A DNA stretch of 64,000 bases from an uncultured Dehalococcoidia bacterium (GTDB lineage Bacteria; Chloroflexota; Dehalococcoidia; Lucifugimonadales; UBA1127): NCBI GenBank assembly GCA_913049785.1, contig CAJWXP010000002.1, positions 24,368 through 88,367 of the forward strand, given 5' to 3'. Position 1 is the first letter of the stretch. Each line of letters begins with the position of its first letter. This document shows, one piece after another, positions 44,260-52,639 of the stretch. Made by a program: the position numbers and the translations under genes. Under the pieces are notes generated by a model, which ran no database searches, had not been told where the DNA came from, and saw only the letters and a list, made by a program, of their open reading frames with translations.

Positions 44260-45474
44260 ATGCCCATAATCGTTCAGAAATACGGAGGCAGCTCCCTTGC
44301 CGACGCCGAGAAGGTGCGCGGTGTAGCTCGCCGCATCATCGCTGCAAAGGCGAAGGGCGATGACATCGTGGTCGTTTGCTCAGCCATGGGAGACTCTACG
44401 GACGACCTCCTGGCGCTCTCTCGTCAGGTGGCAACGACGCCTGTTGAACGTGAGGTCGACCTGCTCCTCTCCACCGGCGAGATGGTCTCCTGTGCGCTTC
44501 TAGCCATGGCCCTCAACGATATGGACTGCACGGCCGTCAGCCTCACTGGACTCCAAGCCGGTATTCAGACGGAATCGTTGCACGGCAAGGCTCGCATAGC
44601 GGACGTGGCACCGGAACGTATTGAGGCAGAGCTTGAAGCGGGGAAGGTTGCTGTGGTCTGTGGTTTTCAGGGCGTCACAAAGGCGCAGGAGGTCACTACC
44701 CTGGGTCGTGGCGGCTCCGATACCACGGCTGTAGCCTTGGCGGCTGCCCTTAAGGCTGAGCGGTGCGAGATATACACGGACGTAGAGGGCATTTACACTG
44801 CTGACCCGCGTATCGTGCCTGAGGCTCGCAAGCTGTCAGAGATCGGTTATGAAGAGATGCTTGAACTGGCGTCAAGTGGCGCAAAGATGCAGCCGCGATC
44901 CATAGAGCTTGGCGAGTTGTATGACATACCAATCCTGGTGGCGTCCACGTTCAGTGATGCCCCGGGCACCCTTATTCATCGGGAGGTGGCCATGGAGGTC
45001 AGAAATCGAGTCCGAGGCGTCGCCAGCGATACCAACGTGGCCAAGGTGACCGTGTTGGCCGTGCCTGACAAACCTGGCATCGCTGCCACATTCTTTGAGC
45101 AACTCACCGATGCGGCTGTCAGTGTGGACACCATCGTCCAGAACACCAGCGTGGAGAAGCTTTCAGACCTCTCATTCACCGTGGATCGCACGGAGATAGC
45201 GAAGGCCCTGGCAGTGGTCGAGCCCATCGCGGCGAAGGTCGGGGCAGGCAGCGTGACTCACGATGCTGCGTTGGCCAAGGTGAGCGTTGTTGGTACGGGG
45301 ATGCAGAACTCTCCTGGATATGCCTCGACGATGTTCAGGTCCCTTGCCGATGCCGGCGTGAACATCGAGATGATCTCGACCTCAGAGATACGCATCACCT
45401 GCATTGTGTCTGAGAGCCAGTGCGCCGATGCAGTGCGCGCTCTCCATAAAGCCTTTGAACTCGACCAAGACTAG
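44260..45474 (+). CDS. lysC: Aspartate kinase
   Basis: The motifs IVQKYGGSSL, GRGGSDTTA and C-terminal tandem ACT domains are present. Confidence 0.95.
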   Translation: MPIIVQKYGGSSLADAEKVRGVARRIIAAKAKGDDIVVVCSAMGDSTDDLLALSRQVATTPVEREVDLLLSTGEMVSCALLAMALNDMDCTAVSLTGLQAGIQTESLHGKARIADVAPERIEAELEAGKVAVVCGFQGVTKAQEVTTLGRGGSDTTAVALAAALKAERCEIYTDVEGIYTADPRIVPEARKLSEIGYEEMLELASSGAKMQPRSIELGELYDIPILVASTFSDAPGTLIHREVAMEVRNRVRGVASDTNVAKVTVLAVPDKPGIAATFFEQLTDAAVSVDTIVQNTSVEKLSDLSFTVDRTEIAKALAVVEPIAAKVGAGSVTHDAALAKVSVVGTGMQNSPGYASTMFRSLADAGVNIEMISTSEIRITCIVSESQCADAVRALHKAFELDQD

Positions 45475-45502
45475 GCAGGGCGTGCCCTGCACCCATATAA
45501 CG
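45475..45502 (+). repeat. Family-A repeat copy
   Basis: The sequence gcagggcgtgccctgc acccatataacg starts the base after the lysC stop. Confidence 0.7.
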
Positions 45503-45527
45503 GGGGTAGGCGCTTCAAATAATGTGT

Positions 45528-46214
45528 TTAGTTTGTTGAAACCTGACTTACAGCCGAGGGTATTGGGGCGAAGACGTTCAGCGCAAACCAGCTAGGGAAC
45601 GCCTTCGTGAGCGCCCGTGGCCCCTCCGGGGTGATGAGTTCGTCCCTTAGAGCTTCTTGCAGCGGCGTGCGGCCCATCCACACCTTGTGTAGCGTCAACG
45701 TATCCGCTGTGACGATCATGTCGATCTCAAACCCCGGGTCGAACATGCAGACGGAAAGCTCGCTTCGTTCCAACATAAGCCAGAAACTCTGCTGCCTCAC
45801 GCCCTGGAAATCGAACTGCACGGTCACTCGCTGCTCAGGCAGCTTGTCCAGGTTGATTCGACGTCGCATGTCCCACATCAGGAGGTCCGGGTCTACATCC
45901 TCTGGGTCGATGTCCTGGTTGGCCCAGCGTTGCCCCCACTCACCCAGCGCCATGACAATGCCGAAGAATTCCTGGCCTGAAGTGGTCAGGTGATATTCCG
46001 GGCGCTTCCCCTCGGCGTCCATCCTACGGTCGACGTCGCCTGCGTCTTCCAGTTCGTTCAACCGTTGCGAGAGCAGAGAGCGTGGGATACGGGGCACACC
46101 CTGCTGCAACTCGCTGAACCGGTGGCTCCCCGCGCCCAACTCTCGCAGGATCAGCGGTGTCCATCGCTGGGTAAAAAATTTCGGCTGCTTTGGATATCGG
46201 ACAGAAATCTCCAT
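45528..46214 (-). CDS. HxlR-type winged-helix regulator with a C-terminal extension
   Basis: The motif WTPLILREL..G..RFSELQ...PRIPRSLLSQRL..LE is present. 228 aa, roughly twice the usual HxlR length. Confidence 0.85.
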   Translation of the reverse strand: MEISVRYPKQPKFFTQRWTPLILRELGAGSHRFSELQQGVPRIPRSLLSQRLNELEDAGDVDRRMDAEGKRPEYHLTTSGQEFFGIVMALGEWGQRWANQDIDPEDVDPDLLMWDMRRRINLDKLPEQRVTVQFDFQGVRQQSFWLMLERSELSVCMFDPGFEIDMIVTADTLTLHKVWMGRTPLQEALRDELITPEGPRALTKAFPSWFALNVFAPIPSAVSQVSTN

Positions 46215-46255
46215 ACGTCTTCATGGGGAAAGGGTATCATCTGTAGACGAGATAA

Positions 46256-46276
46256 ATAGTCTGATTATTGGACTAT
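46256..46276. promoter_or_regulatory. Inverted repeat in the HxlR/methyltransferase divergent region
   Basis: ATAGTC-N9-GACTAT. Confidence 0.35.
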
Positions 46277-46358
46277 TCTTTTGTTTGCATGCTGCTATTG
46301 TGATGGTGAAGTCCAGTGAGTGGACCAGGAAATTTGATCGGGAAAAAGGAGTTGAACA

Positions 46359-47396
46359 ATGACACAAGCGACTCAGAATCCACAGGAGGCCATGCAACAG
46401 CAGGCAGGTAAGTTCCTGTCCCAGGTTGCTGGTTACGTAGGCGTACGGACCATGGAGATCGGTATTTCCCAGGGCCTGTTGGCGGAGATCGGCGCTAACG
46501 AGAAAGGTGTCACGGCCACTGACCTGGCCAAAACTCTCAAGCTTGACGCCATGTATGTTGCGGTTTGGTGCCGCGCGGCGTACGCGTCAGAGTTGTTGGA
46601 GAGCGCTGATGGCGTCACCTTCACCCTGGCGCCCTTCGTAGACAAGCTGTTGTTGGATCGGGATTTTCCCGGCTATATCGGCGGAATGCCACAGGTCGTC
46701 GTTCAGCCGGAATTCTTCGATGTGTTCAAAGAGAACCTTCCAACGGGCAAGAACATCTGGTGGAATGATTGCAGCCCTACGTTCATCAGCATGGTGAGCG
46801 AGACCGGGCGACCGTTCTACAACCGACTCGTCCCCAACGGCCTTTCTCAAATAGCGGGGCTTCCCGAGGTACTTGCGGGCAACGCCAAAGTCCTAGACCT
46901 GGCGTGTGGCTCGGGCTATGGGCTCGAGCGCCTTGCAGAGACCTACCCAACCGCGTCCCTGGTGGGGTTGGACGGCGACGCTTACTCTCTGGGCAAGGTG
47001 AAGGAGCGTATGACGGAGCTAGGGATCCAGGACAAGGTTGAACTGGTCGAAAGCACCTTGGAGGACATCAGTGCCGTTGAAGAATACGATGCGATCCTCA
47101 TTAACATCTCCATGCACGAGTGCCGAGACATCGAGCAGGTTGCAGAGAGGGTGCATCGGGCATTGAAGCCCGGGGGTTACTTCGTCATCTCAGATTTCCC
47201 GTTCCCGGCAACGACGGCAGAGTGCCGAACCGTCCCGGCGCGGGTGTTGTGCGGCATTCAGTTCTTTGAGGCTCTGATCGGCGATCAGCTCATGCCTACT
47301 CAAGCGTTTGTTGACCTGTTTAACCGACACAGCTTCAAGAACGTTAGCTCGTTCGATGTGACCCCGGTCCATGCCGTTAGCTACGGCCAGAAGTAA
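46359..47396 (+). CDS. Class I SAM-dependent methyltransferase (O-methyltransferase-like, with an N-terminal winged-helix/dimerisation region)
   Basis: Motif I reads VLDLACGSGYG, with an acidic residue in GLDGD. 345 aa. Confidence 0.8.
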   Translation: MTQATQNPQEAMQQQAGKFLSQVAGYVGVRTMEIGISQGLLAEIGANEKGVTATDLAKTLKLDAMYVAVWCRAAYASELLESADGVTFTLAPFVDKLLLDRDFPGYIGGMPQVVVQPEFFDVFKENLPTGKNIWWNDCSPTFISMVSETGRPFYNRLVPNGLSQIAGLPEVLAGNAKVLDLACGSGYGLERLAETYPTASLVGLDGDAYSLGKVKERMTELGIQDKVELVESTLEDISAVEEYDAILINISMHECRDIEQVAERVHRALKPGGYFVISDFPFPATTAECRTVPARVLCGIQFFEALIGDQLMPTQAFVDLFNRHSFKNVSSFDVTPVHAVSYGQK

Positions 47397-47400
47397 CATC

Positions 47401-47445
47401 AAAAGATGGGGGGCCAGATGTTCTGGCCCCCCATCCCTTTTCTTT
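47401..47445. terminator. Bidirectional intrinsic terminator
   Basis: A 13-bp perfect stem (gatggggggccag / ctggccccccatc) with a 5-nt loop. It is followed by a T-run and preceded by an A-run. Confidence 0.85.
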
Positions 47446-47451
47446 GATTCT

Positions 47452-48081
47452 TTATCCCATGCCGACCGGATGCTTCGCCACGTTCAGTAGACCTGCTTGC
47501 TGTCCTACCTTGATCGCCTGAGTCCGGCTTCGTACCTCTAGCTTCTGGTAGAGGTTACGCAGGTGGAAGTTCACCGTATTGAGGCTCAGCACCAAATATT
47601 CGCCGATCTCCTTGGTTGATGACCCGTCCGCCAGAAGGCGCAGCACCTCTCGTTCTCCACCACTCAAGTCTGGCAGATAAGACCGTTGGGGCTCAGCCAG
47701 TTTCCCTACCAACGATGCTGGCACCAGAGAACCACCCGCGTTGACTGTGCGGATACTATTGATGATCTCTTCCTTGGTTGCGCATTTAATGAGATAGCCC
47801 TTAGCCCCGGCCCTGATTCCCTCTCGAACATGATGATCGTCGTCATAGACTGTCAGCAGGATCACTTTGCACTGGGGCATCAAGACCGTTAATTCTTTTG
47901 TGACTTCAATGCCGCTCTTATTAGGCATGTGGATGTCCATCAGAATGATGTCTGGCTCAAGCTCCTGTGCGATGGCTAGAGCACCATCTCCTGTGGCCGC
48001 CTCTCCAACCACGATCATGTCGTCAGCCATTTCTACCAGAGCCCTGGTGCCACGGCGTACCAGTTCATGGTCGTCGACCAA
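47452..48081 (-). CDS. NarL/LuxR-family response regulator (no canonical start for strand beta-1)
   Basis: The receiver domain (DD...MDIHMP...T...K) and the LuxR HTH (EREVLRLLADGSSTKEIGEYL.LS..TV..H..N) are present. The first in-frame start is the TTG at 48081, but the frame stays open upstream (..ERPARVLL-VDDHE..). Confidence 0.8.
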   Translation of the reverse strand: MVDDHELVRRGTRALVEMADDMIVVGEAATGDGALAIAQELEPDIILMDIHMPNKSGIEVTKELTVLMPQCKVILLTVYDDDHHVREGIRAGAKGYLIKCATKEEIINSIRTVNAGGSLVPASLVGKLAEPQRSYLPDLSGGEREVLRLLADGSSTKEIGEYLVLSLNTVNFHLRNLYQKLEVRSRTQAIKVGQQAGLLNVAKHPVGMG

Positions 48082-48185
48082 GAGAACACGGGCTGGCCGC
48101 TCAACCGCAAGAGTATCGGTAGCGAGCTCAATGGGTTCTGGCGGCTCGATGATGGCTGCCTCGGGGATAGTGTATGGGATGCGTC

Positions 48186-48392
48186 CTATGACCTTTTCCC
48201 TGCGCCTCGTGCACTGATGACGGTGAGTTCTCCACCGGCCACGTCTGCACGCTCGTGCATGACCCCCAGCCCGAACCCTGTTGCACTGGTCTTGGCCTGT
48301 TTGCGCTTTGCAAAGGAGTCAAAACCGACGCCGTTGTCTGCTATCTCTACCACAGCATCGTCAGGTCTGGAGGGCGCAGAGCGTATCCCTAG
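48186..48392 (-). pseudogene. C-terminal stub of a histidine kinase (HATPase_c G1/G2 region only)
   Basis: The translation is LGIRSAPSRPDDAVVEIADNGVGFD...TGFGLGVMHERADVAGGELTVISARGAGK. It begins exactly at the stop of the upstream comE-like gene. A one-base shift in the gggaaaagg run would join it to the response-regulator frame. Confidence 0.6.
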
Positions 48393-48970
48393 ACGCCAAG
48401 GTCCTTCTTCAAATCCTGGATCGCTGCTTTTGTGGGCTTCACGCCGGAGGGCGCTCGCAGACCCATGGGCTCGTTCTGGATCTCAGGCGTGGTCTTCACG
48501 CAGATGAACACAGGGCCCTCTGCTCCCATCACTTCGGCGGCACGAGAGGCGAAATCCTCAAGGTCGTCAAACTCGAAGGCGTTGGCGTAACCCGCCTCTT
48601 TCGCCATGCCGGCAAAGGAGATCCTGTTGTTTCCCGGAATGGGCTGGCCACCGGTGACGGCGTATACCCCGTTCTCCAGCACAAAGTGGTAGAGGTTCTT
48701 TGGAGCCTTTTCTGCGATGGTGACAAGCGTGCCCAGATTCATCAGCAGGCTGCCGTCGCCATCGAAGATGATGACCCGTTTGTCCGGCTGAGCCAGCGCG
48801 ACTCCCAGTGCGAACGATGACGCTTTGCCCATCGCGCCGCCCAGGGGTATGTCCCTGTTCTTGTTGCTGCTGACTTTATCCCAGCCGCGACTGCCGGTCA
48901 TGGTTGGGACCACAATTCCGTTATCGCGGTACTTTTCCACAACTTCCATGAGCTCTATCTGGTTGATCAT
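48389..48970 (-). CDS. ThDP-dependent decarboxylase beta subunit (sulfopyruvate/phosphonopyruvate decarboxylase family, ComE-like)
   Basis: The ThDP/Mg motif GAMGKASSFALGVALAQPDKRVIIFDGDGSLLMNLG...NG is present. Confidence 0.8.
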   Translation of the reverse strand: MINQIELMEVVEKYRDNGIVVPTMTGSRGWDKVSSNKNRDIPLGGAMGKASSFALGVALAQPDKRVIIFDGDGSLLMNLGTLVTIAEKAPKNLYHFVLENGVYAVTGGQPIPGNNRISFAGMAKEAGYANAFEFDDLEDFASRAAEVMGAEGPVFICVKTTPEIQNEPMGLRAPSGVKPTKAAIQDLKKDLGV

Positions 48971-48996
48971 TCATTCACTCCTGCTACACGTACTGG

Positions 48997-49509
48997 TTAT
49001 CGGTTGAATCCGTGGTACTCGTCGCCTACAAGCACAACCACTGGCATGTTGGTCCGTTCCGCCTCTTGGAAGGCCAGTGAGATGCGATCAGCATCACCGT
49101 CGTGCTCCACCAGGTAGTAGGTGATCCCCCACGCCCGCAGGATCGGCTCTGTGAATCGGGCCGCCGAGTCCGGAGTGGCTCCGTGACGCGTCCACCCTCT
49201 ATAACCGATGAGCATGACTATTGGGAGTGCGCAGTCAATCGCGATGCCTCGAATAGAGTCGCCTGACTCAAACAACCCGGTGTTCTGGATAAGCACCACC
49301 GGTTTCTTGCCACCGGCAATGACGCCGGCCGCTACAGCGATGCTCTCTCCCTCACGGGTCACTGGAATCAGATCCATATCCGGCTCAGCTTCCATAAGCT
49401 GGTACATCCAGTTGGTCTCGCTGTCCGGCAGATAGACGATGTGGGTGATGCCGTTGTTCTTGAACTCTTGAATGACCGCCTCTGGGCTAAGCAGTGCTTG
49501 CTGGGTCAT
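48997..49509 (-). CDS. ThDP-dependent decarboxylase alpha subunit (ComD-like)
   Basis: The pyrimidine-binding domain carries GITHIVYLPDS...REGESIAVAAG...LIQNTGL. 170 aa. Confidence 0.8.
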   Translation of the reverse strand: MTQQALLSPEAVIQEFKNNGITHIVYLPDSETNWMYQLMEAEPDMDLIPVTREGESIAVAAGVIAGGKKPVVLIQNTGLFESGDSIRGIAIDCALPIVMLIGYRGWTRHGATPDSAARFTEPILRAWGITYYLVEHDGDADRISLAFQEAERTNMPVVVLVGDEYHGFNR

Positions 49510-49661
49510 ATCCCCTCCTCAGGGCACAGAATTTTTGCGATAGTAGTCCAAAGCACCGACATGATACCAGATGCCGATGGTGGCGAAACATCGAGGCATC
49601 AAAAGGCGACCTCGTCATAGATGTGCTACGGTTCTGGGTGTAGAAAACAAAGGCGAAGGAT

Positions 49662-50006
49662 ATGGCTGAGGCAACTAATACGAAAGGCCTGGCGGGTCGG
49701 ATTGCGGCTCTGGAGCGTCGGCTCGTTGAGCTTGAAGCCAAGCTGGTCGAGGTCCAGGCCGAATACTCGGACACGTCCCATGAGCTGGCGGAGACCCGTT
49801 CTTTCGTCCGTCGCCTCGCCGACTGGGGTCTGAAGCCTGCCGATACGTCGACGTGGATAGGCGTCTGCAACGCGGTCGGTTGGACTGCTACTACTGCCAA
49901 CGCTCACCGTGCTGTGCGACGTGAGAACCCGGTCCTGCACGTGCTGCTTCACCGCTGCGCCTTCGATCCGTACTGCTCCCTGGACGGCGTGAGCTACATC
50001 GATTAG
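49662..50006 (+). CDS. Hypothetical protein with an N-terminal coiled-coil
   Basis: 114 aa with a GAAGGA SD. It shows a G/C-rich third-codon-position bias. I judge the competing minus-strand ORFs to be shadows. Confidence 0.5.
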   Translation: MAEATNTKGLAGRIAALERRLVELEAKLVEVQAEYSDTSHELAETRSFVRRLADWGLKPADTSTWIGVCNAVGWTATTANAHRAVRRENPVLHVLLHRCAFDPYCSLDGVSYID

Positions 50007-50100
50007 CTTCACTCATCTATAGACAGTACCTATGGATTCCATAGAGCGTTACAATACCTCCATAGGGGATTCATTACGGACAGCTAAGGAGGTGAGCCTC

Positions 50101-51018
50101 ATGGAGCTAGCACAGATACAGGCGTTCATCGCCGCTGCTCAACGTGGCAGTTTCGTGCGAGCCGCCCAGGCTCTCATCATCACCCAACCCTCGCTGAGTG
50201 CCCGCATCCACGCCCTTGAGACAGAGTTGAACACCATGCTCTTCCATCGCCTTGGCAGAGGGGTTCGCCTTACAGAGGCCGGCAAAGCATTTCTCCCCTA
50301 CGCCCAACGCGCATTGGAGACCCTGGAGCAAGGTCGTGACACATTGAATGCCCTGGAGAAGGTTTCCAGCGGCACCCTGCAGGTAGGGTCAGCCAGAGCC
50401 ATCGGCGCATATGTCCTGCCGGATATCCTGGCGCGGTTCAGGGAACAGCACCCGGGGATTGACGTCAACATCCGCACAGGGCGCTCCACAGAGGTGCTGC
50501 AGATGGTGATGGACGAGGAGGTCCAGGTGGGCCTAGCGCGCTCGCTGAAGCACCCGGACGTTCTTTCTACATGGCTCTACGACGAGGAGATATCTCTGGT
50601 GAGCCACCCGGAACACCCTTTTGCCCTCAAGGGAGAGGCCAGTATCTATGACATCGCAAAAGAGCCACTGATCCTATACGACCGCGACTCTTCCTACTTT
50701 CAGCTCATTGACCGCGTGTGCCGCGAGGCGGGCGTCATCCCTAACGTGGGCATGGTGCTGGACAGCATCGAGGCGACAAAACGGATGATAGAGCGAGGCT
50801 TTGGCATCTCGTTCTTGCCTGTGCACGGTATCACTCGTGAAGTCGAGTCAGGAACACTGGCCCTCATCCGTATCACCGAAGGCCACCAGGTCACCCTCCC
50901 AACATCGGTCATGGTGCGCCGTGCGCGCATCTACAGCCCTGCGGTGCTAGCGTTCTTGAGAGTCCTTAAGAGCATGTATGAGGTCGATGTTCCACCGTTG
51001 GAGGCTACTTCCGTATAA
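50101..51018 (+). CDS. LysR family transcriptional regulator
   Basis: The HTH reads MELAQIQAFIAAAQRGSFVRAAQALIITQPSLSARIHALE. An AAGGAGG SD is present. The start was set at the ATG at 50101. Confidence 0.9.
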   Translation: MELAQIQAFIAAAQRGSFVRAAQALIITQPSLSARIHALETELNTMLFHRLGRGVRLTEAGKAFLPYAQRALETLEQGRDTLNALEKVSSGTLQVGSARAIGAYVLPDILARFREQHPGIDVNIRTGRSTEVLQMVMDEEVQVGLARSLKHPDVLSTWLYDEEISLVSHPEHPFALKGEASIYDIAKEPLILYDRDSSYFQLIDRVCREAGVIPNVGMVLDSIEATKRMIERGFGISFLPVHGITREVESGTLALIRITEGHQVTLPTSVMVRRARIYSPAVLAFLRVLKSMYEVDVPPLEATSV

Positions 51019-51461
51019 CAAGCAACTCCCAGCCAAACTGCATCAAGCGCACCAACAACGGCTCCTGTATCTTCCTTGAGGAAGTCATAAGTCGCTGAAG
51101 AAAACAGGGTGAATGCTGAGGCAGCTTGAGCGCCCAAAGCATCGGTGACAGCGGCCTTCAATAGAAGAGCAAAGATATAATATTTGCCTACCACTACCCC
51201 AATGAATGCAGCGCTTGCTACGATCATCTGGACGGAGAGGCTTTGCTGGCTGCTGGCTAAGAATCGCGCTGCCAGTCCGGTTATAACGCCTACCCCAATA
51301 GCCAACCACGCCAGTTGAGAGTCAACCCATAGTGCGACCTGTCCCCAGAGAATCGCGGCGATAAATGCTGCGATGAGTGCGCCGGAAGCGATGCCGACGA
51401 CGCCCAGCCGAGAATAGTCGCGAGGCATGGGTCTGTGTTGAGCGCTGATCTGTCCTGCCAT
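50931..51461 (-). CDS. Hypothetical integral membrane protein
   Basis: The start was set at the ATG at 51461, which has a GGGAGG SD. It has about 4 hydrophobic helices. The 3' tail overlaps the convergent LysR gene by 88 nt. Confidence 0.6.
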   Translation of the reverse strand: MAGQISAQHRPMPRDYSRLGVVGIASGALIAAFIAAILWGQVALWVDSQLAWLAIGVGVITGLAARFLASSQQSLSVQMIVASAAFIGVVVGKYYIFALLLKAAVTDALGAQAASAFTLFSSATYDFLKEDTGAVVGALDAVWLGVACYTEVASNGGTSTSYMLLRTLKNASTAGL

Positions 51462-51596
51462 ATTGACCTCCCATCTCCGGTGGGGGTTTGACGATACAAA
51501 GAGGTGGACCCCACTCACGATATGCAGGGATGGTAGAGGCATTTCAGGAGGTAGTGAAGGCTCAAAAGGGTCATGTTGGCGCGACGAAAGTCTCAA

Positions 51597-51622
51597 GCAT
51601 ATGGGTCCAGGGCTTGCCCTGG
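51597..51622 (-). repeat. Family-A repeat copy (tail on the minus strand)
   Basis: The plus strand reads gcatatgggtccagggcttgccctgg. It lies 4 nt after the PAP2 stop on the minus strand. Confidence 0.7.
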
Positions 51623-51626
51623 CTCG

Positions 51627-52217
51627 TTAGGCGAGGTAGAACCGCTGAGCAAGTTGAATGACCATGGTCGGCAGAGGTTCGATTCGACGGAGGACCCACG
51701 TTACCGCCATGACGACTCCTACCCCGATGGCCGCCCCTGCCAGGACGTCAGTTGGGTAAGAGACGCCTGCGTACACACGTGAGAGCCCCCACAGTGCTGC
51801 CACCCCGAAGGCGATGCTGCCTAGTCGACGGTTAACTCCCCACAACCCCGCAGCGATGGCCGCGCCCACTACAGCCGGGTTGGCAGGGAAGGATGAGTCT
51901 GTGGGTTGGTAGAAGAGGAGTTCCAGCGGCTCATTGAGGTAGGGCCTGCCCCGGAACGTGAAGGCCCCGATGATCTGGACTGCCAGGTTACCAAAGGCCA
52001 CACCCAGCATGGCCGTCAGCACCGCCCGTTGGTGAAGCTCACGCGATGCTGCCGTCTTCGCCCCGAACCAGACGCCAAGCAGAAGGAGCGACATCGCCAC
52101 CGGGGTAAAGTAGTCGTTCACGACGATTTTGATCACATCGTCCAGCCACGGCAGTGTGTCCACCCCGCTGTTCAGCCATCGGACTATCGCTGCATCCACG
52201 GTGGTCGCTCCTTCCAC
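51627..52217 (-). CDS. PAP2-superfamily membrane protein with degenerate catalytic motifs
   Basis: The C1-like motif is FRGRP. C2 reads SFPANP instead of PSGH. C3 reads SRVYAGVSYPTD instead of SRxxxxxHxxxD. Confidence 0.75.
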   Translation of the reverse strand: MEGATTVDAAIVRWLNSGVDTLPWLDDVIKIVVNDYFTPVAMSLLLLGVWFGAKTAASRELHQRAVLTAMLGVAFGNLAVQIIGAFTFRGRPYLNEPLELLFYQPTDSSFPANPAVVGAAIAAGLWGVNRRLGSIAFGVAALWGLSRVYAGVSYPTDVLAGAAIGVGVVMAVTWVLRRIEPLPTMVIQLAQRFYLA

Positions 52218-52612
52218 AGTGAACGCAGGCCCGTGGGCAACGCCTCCAGATACGTGTGGTCTCGCAATGCCTCCAGCCCGTCCAGCGTCGGCGTTTGGTG
52301 GCTCCTGGCACGTCGGTTCAGCGCCGATGTTGCTAGCACAGTGAAGAACACCGAGGCCAGGGCGCTCAGGGCGAACCGGGCACCCTGATCATTGCCGTCC
52401 AGCCCACCGGCCGTGTCCGGAACGTGGCGTGGCCCGCCCCAGAAGAACCAAACAAAGCCTGCAATCACCAGCGTTAGGCCAAGGGCATAGGCGTACGGCG
52501 GACGTTTTAAGAAGAGGAGCTTTGTGAGACCCGCGTGGGCGACCGCTATCTGGATGACGCCGATAGAAGACAAGAAAACAAGAATGACGTAGTCACGGCC
52601 CAGGTCTTCCAT
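52184..52612 (-). CDS. Hypothetical membrane protein
   Basis: 142 aa with 3-4 hydrophobic segments. It lies 27 nt downstream of ilvE on the same strand and overlaps the PAP2 gene start. Confidence 0.55.
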   Translation of the reverse strand: MEDLGRDYVILVFLSSIGVIQIAVAHAGLTKLLFLKRPPYAYALGLTLVIAGFVWFFWGGPRHVPDTAGGLDGNDQGARFALSALASVFFTVLATSALNRRARSHQTPTLDGLEALRDHTYLEALPTGLRSLWKERPPWMQR

Positions 52613-52639
52613 AGTGATCGCCTGTTCAGAGGATTGGGG

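Noticed and set aside
50931-51018. An 88-nt convergent overlap exists between the LysR gene and the membrane-protein gene.
   Set aside because: The overlapping tail of the membrane ORF (..TEVASNGGTSTSYMLLRTLKNASTAGL) follows its last hydrophobic helix. It looks like incidental read-through to the next stop rather than a functional overlap.
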